The notes under the pieces are model-generated. The model searched no databases. It was not told the origin of the DNA and saw only the letters and a program-made list of their open reading frames with translations. A stretch of DNA of 64,000 nucleotides from assembly GCF_009914755.1 (NCBI RefSeq), contig NC_060930.1; one strand, given 5' to 3'. Origin of the DNA: the human T2T-CHM13v2.0 reference genome, Homo sapiens. This document shows, piece by piece, positions 54,647 to 64,000 of the stretch. The position numbers and the translations under genes were made by a program. Position 1 is the stretch's first letter. Each line of letters opens with the position of its first letter.

Positions 54647-56322
54647 TGATAAGGAGATTCAAGAAGCTTTAAATGTTGTTGAGAAACAGTTACCAGGAAG
54701 GGAGACAATGAATATAGAGAAAGAGGGACTATTGATGGAGTATGTTCCTGGAAGAGAAGACAGGAAATACTACCTCAGAGAATGGCCCTGGGAGGAAAGA
54801 CACTTCTTGAATTTTATTGAGAGGAAAAAAGGAAGGTGAGGTAATTCCTACCTATGATTCCCATTTTCTCTAAAATTTATGAGGTAAAATCATCATCTGA
54901 TGATGAACAAATACCTGGTTTCATAGAAGATCTGGGAGAAGAGAAAAGATTGAAATAACTTCTGTAGAGAATAAGAGAGAAAACTGAGGACCTACAAGAT
55001 TGGCAGTCTCAAGTAGAACATTAATAAATGAATGCATTTGCAGTTCTGTTTGATATGTAGAAAATTAAACTTATATTTTTATTTTCTTTATCTGTCCTAC
55101 TTTGAAAGACTAATTTAATAATAAATATTATAAATATTATAATTTGAAACCAATAATAGTTATTTATACGTTTTGTTGCCCCCTCACATCATCTGAGAAA
55201 ATCATTCATTCATTTCATGGCCTGTATTCATGCTGTTGGTATCCCAGATTTGCTTACCTAATAAGAAATGTGTAATCACTGAATTAAAGCTTGTGGAAGC
55301 TACATAACCAGAAAAAGTGGAATTCCCATTAGATCTATAAATTTACCTAGCCCTTGAGTTTATTTCAATATATGCAGTCATTTATTAAGTAAAATGACAT
55401 CCTAACATTTTACAGTTTGAAATGTGTAATCAATGGGACCTATGATGGTATCAGTCAAATAATATAGAGACAGAATTGTTCATTAGCATATTTAAGAGTT
55501 TATTACTATAGATAAAACTCATCTAATTAACACAAATATGTAGTAATAAGCCAGTATGGAGTTTGAGAAGATGCTTATGATTTCTTGAGACATAGGTGTA
55601 AGATGTGTAAAATAATATTTAGTTTCCATCCCCTATCCACACAAGTAAATAAATATCTAATTAGCTATAGGTCTGCGAAATCGTAATAGAATCTCTATTC
55701 ATGAGGAGATAAAGAAAAACTTAACATAATAGTATAAACATTTAAAAATAAAATGTTTAAGCACTAAAAACAATCATATATTTATGAAGGATAAGTCATT
55801 CTAAACTAAGCCCACATTATTTTGATGTGGTAACTAGTCCATTGTTTAGAAGCGTTATATTTTTATATATATGTATATATGTGCGTATGTACATACATAA
55901 ACTTATGTATATGTATTTGATTTATATTTACCTATGTTTACAAAATGAAGACACAGTCAAGCTGATTAGTTATTAAAATAATGAACTAATATAGCACTGT
56001 GTTGATACTAATTGTATAGAATGTTTTTCAAAAGAGAACCAAAATCTTTACGTTAAGACTTGTCTATCTTCGTAGAGGCCAACTCCTCCTTCAAATTTTC
56101 CTCTTCTCAGTAGCAGAGCTGTGTGGCATGGAGCTCAAAAGCATAAGTTCTGCAACTATTCAACCACATTAGCAATTCCACTCTCCTGGTCACTAGCTAT
56201 GTGACCTTGGAAAATTATTTATTTCTTATGTCCTACAATTTTCTTATCTGTAAAATGGAAAAATATTATTTTGTAGCATTGTTGTGAGAATTAAATGAGT
56301 TATTGCATTAAGAATATTTGGA

Positions 56323-56574
56323 ATCTCAGCACGTTAAGAGGCCAAGGTGCAAAGATTGTTTGAGGCCAAGAATTCAAGACCAGCCGGGGCAACATAGTGA
56401 GACCCTGTTTCTACAAAAAAGTTAAAAAATTAGTTGTACATGATGGTGGACACGATAGCTACTCTGACATGGGAGGATCACTTGAGCCCACGAGTTCCAG
56501 TTTACAGCAAGCTATGATAGCACCACTGCACTCCAGCATGGGCAATAGAGTGAGACTGTCTTAAAGAAAAAAAA
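56323..56574 (+). mobile_element. AluJ, slightly 5'-truncated
   Basis: J-type 'tttgaggccaagaattcaagaccagcc..ggcaacatagtgagaccc' and 'ggaggatcacttgagccca'. Confidence 0.9.
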
Positions 56575-56584
56575 GGTATTTGGA

Positions 56585-56875
56585 GGCAGGGCGTGGTGGC
56601 TCACGCCTGTAATCCCAGCACTTTGGGAGGCCAAGGCAGGCGGATCATGAGGACAAGAGATCGAGACCATCCTGACTGACATGGTGAAACCCCATATCTA
56701 CTAAAAATACAAAAATTATCTGGGCATAGTGGTGTTTGCCCGTTGTCCTGGCTACTCGGGAGGCTGAGGCAGGAGAATCGCTTGAACCTGGAGGCGGAGG
56801 TTGCAGTGAGCGAGATCACACCACTGCATGCCAGCCTGGTGATAGAGCAAGAGTCCATCTCAAAAAAAAAAAAAA
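56585..56875 (+). mobile_element. AluSc, full length
   Basis: Sc diagnostics 'aagagatcgagaccatcctg' and 'ccagcctggtgatag'; flanked by gtatttgga on both sides. Confidence 0.92.
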
Positions 56876-57504
56876 GTATTTGGAGCAGAACTTGAGCCTG
56901 ACACAAATTAAGAACTAAATAATATTAAATATTATAATAAGCATTTATTATATTCTCTATCTTGGCTAATAGCATTGTCATCAATTTGCACAAGCTGGAA
57001 ATCTGGGCATGAGCTTTAAATCCCACCTTTTCATCACATATGTGTCATACATAATTTGTAGACCATATGCCTGGTTTAATCTTTAATATTTAAGCTTTAA
57101 TTTATGTCTTCAGTTTCTCACTTGGACAATTAGGTCTGTCTCATAAGTCTCTCTAATCTCATCTGCTCACACTCAGATTTGTTTTCCACATCATTTACTA
57201 TACCATGTTTCTGATATCCAAATCTAATCATGCTATTTCTTTTCTTGTAAGGTTTAAAAGTTTTCAGGATAAAGTTCAAATGACTCACCATTACACATCG
57301 AGTTGATTATAAGAGGTCACTGTTCTCTGAACCTGTTCTGCATCTCTACACCTTACTGCTCTGCACTATTTTCTCTCCATCTCCCACTTGGAGTGCCTTT
57401 CCCTCCCTTCTCTGCTTAGTCATGATGCCCTTTTCTTCTCATCTTGCATTAGTCATCCTCTCTCTTTCACCTTTTAGCACAATTATTCCTTCATAACAAG
57501 AGCA

Positions 57505-57760
57505 CGAATAACAATAGTTAACATTAACATACAATTATGTGTCACACACTATTATAGAGACAGATAATACCTCATTTATGCCTCAAAACAATTCAATAAT
57601 ATGGGTAATGTTATAATCCTTATTTAACAGATGAGAAAACTGGAACCAAAGAATTAAACACTTGTCCAAGACCACCTGGCTGATGAGATATGGAGCAGAT
57701 TTTGAATCCATACATTATTATTTGAGAGCTAAAGTTCTGAAATACTAAATAATACTGCCA
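57505..57760 (-). mobile_element. MIR, flanked by L2 fragments (~56960-57500 and ~57800-57940)
   Basis: 'atttaacagatgagaaaactg..attaaacacttgtccaagaccac'. Confidence 0.75.
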
Positions 57761-58160
57761 CCCCAAATACAGAACCTGTATGTTACTGCATATCATACTA
57801 TCATAAAAATCAACCTCTCTATCTCTTCCAAAGTACATTGTTTTCTTCATATAGGAATCTCCAGTGCTTAATTCAGTAGTGGGAATACAGAATCCATAAT
57901 CATTGATAAAAGAACAAATAAATAAATGGATAAATGAGCAAGCGCAAATAAAATAAATAGCCAGTTTCTAGAGGATTACCTTTCCCACCCTGTGGAAATC
58001 ATGTTTATTCATTTGCATGATTCCCACTTCTTTATGTTTTTCTTTCAACCTCGTTATGGGAGGAACATAGGATAATTAAATTTAAAAGTTACGCTACAGC
58101 TAAATTAATGTTTGTCCATATCTATACAACCGCAAAGAAATCAGGCCATAAGAGAACTGT

Positions 58161-58301
58161 TTGCCATTGTAAATAATGCTACAGTGAATGTGGGAGTACA
58201 GATATATCTTGGCATACTGATTTCAATTTCTTTGGACATATATCCAGAAGTGGAATTTTACAATTATTATTTGTCAATTAAAAATACAATTAAGTCTTTA
58301 A
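58161..58301 (+). mobile_element. Tiny 5'-inverted L1MA insertion
   Basis: 58161-58257 antisense ORF2 end; 58258-58290 sense L1MA terminus 'tacaattattatttgtcaattaaaaata'; TSD aagagaactgt / aaaagaactgt. Confidence 0.7.
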
Positions 58302-58781
58302 AAAAGAACTGTGCTTGACTTGATTTGTCAGTTTTTCAAGTCCTGAAAGTGCTAGCATTAGTGCTTATGGAAACTGTTACGATAGATTTTCATCAAATTG
58401 AGCCATTTGAATTCTGAAAGTCTGATCTCTTTTTCCAGGGTTGTTAGATATAGCCACTGTAATAAAAAATCGTATAAGTGGAATTGTTTTAATATTCCAA
58501 AGTCAAGACTAAAAAGTGCATATATTTAGTCAGTAGAGTGTAGCCTCAGTACAATTTTAAAAGCTTCTGATGGATATGCGAAAGAACAATCCCATTCAGC
58601 TGAAATACATGATTTGATTCCTGTCTAGATTTCTGAAAATATTCCTCCTGGGCCAGTGAGAGTAGCCACATTAGAGGTTTTCCAAAAAGTTAGATTTAGT
58701 GTTGCAATATACATCTTTCTTCATTTAGCCTCTGACTATTTAGAGGCTTTCAACCTCATTTCTTAAATGTCATCACTTTTT

Positions 58782-62934
<4,153 letters not shown>

Positions 62935-64000
62935 CTTCCAACATTTTTCCTAGAAAGGAAAGATATAAAATATTGTATAGGCTTTCTATTTTAGCTTAAA
63001 TTCAAGTACTTTGATGGTTTTATTTTTAATTTTCAAACATAAGGGGATTTTTGTCTTATTAACTTGTAATTGCATTGTATCAAAAATATATTTTAATATA
63101 ATTTTTGAATAAAATTTTGATATGGAAAATTTTGTTAGGTCATTTTGGATAAAAGTCAAATTCTAGGAATCTATTGTAAGAAAACAACTGAGAACATATA
63201 CAAAGATATAGTCACAAGGACTTTCTATACATTTTCTTTATAAACACAACAATTTTGAGAAAAATATGATCATATGAGTTATTCAAATGTGCAAAATAAA
63301 TCACTGTAATTAAAAATTGTGATTCAAAGAAATTTAATAACATGGAAAGACATTTAAAAATTATATGAAAAGAAAATACTAAAATGAAATATATTTAGTA
63401 TGTTTTCATTCTGAGTGTATATGAAAGACAATACTCTGAAATGCTACTATTATTGTTTAATAAGTCTGAGGATGATTTGCATTTATTTTACTTTTCCATA
63501 TTTTTGAAGTTTTTAATATTATTACTTTCATTTTTTAAAACCCTGTATTAATGTAAACTATACACAGAACTAAAATTTTAAAGTTCTATTCGATTTGATT
63601 TACTCTGAGTGTTAAGACAAAATTAATGCAAACAGAAAGTTTAATGGGCCTTGAGGAGGGACAGTTAAAAATTCTCTTCAAAATACAACAACAATTGCTG
63701 ATATATTTCACATACATACACATAAAATTTCTACTACTGCTGCTGAAATTTCTTTAGACTGGCTGCCTATACCCAGCCTCATTTACTCAGACTCAGGACT
63801 TTCTTCTACGCATCTAGAATTGCTTCAGGATTATCTAAAATCTTTAAAACAAAAATGGACTTCTATTATTAATTCATATTCTCAAGGGATCATTTACTGA
63901 TGTTATATCATACAAATTTAACATAATATTGGAAAATTTTCACAAAGTTCTGTAAAAGTTGTATGCTGTGGGAAGCTAATAAATTTTTTTTGCATCTGTT

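Larger units (their letters stand above)
56115..56950 (+). mobile_element. MIR split by two Alus
   Basis: 'actagctatgtgaccttgg..atctgtaaaatgg..gttgtgagaattaaatgag' before the Alus, 'gcctgacaca' after. Confidence 0.8.

Overview
AT-rich, repeat-dense primate genomic DNA, most likely human because it contains a young L1HS-type element. It looks intergenic or deep-intronic. I recognise no host protein-coding exon, CpG island, tRNA, rRNA or CRISPR array. Nearly all tracked ORFs are Alu-, L1-, LTR- or microsatellite-derived. Content: 8 Alus, a near-full-length 7SL (SRP RNA) retrocopy, L1s of many ages, MaLR/ERV1/ERVL LTR relics, DNA-transposon MITEs, MIR/L2 fragments and STRs. The main interest is retrotransposition history readable from the sequence. 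(i) A young 4-kb twin-primed L1 at 58.8-62.9 kb has two short unique tags stacked in its tail, consistent with serial 3' transductions, and its inversion creates a 571-codon chimeric endonuclease ORF. (ii) Three more 5'-inverted L1s, two with probable 3' transductions. (iii) An L1PA4 truncated almost exactly at the position homologous to its L1MA target. (iv) Two Alus inserted successively at one target site. (v) A perfect 45-bp direct repeat 3.3 kb apart. I find no convincing evidence for a new biological system. Subfamily names come from recalled consensus motifs, not a database search, and boundaries of old repeats are approximate.
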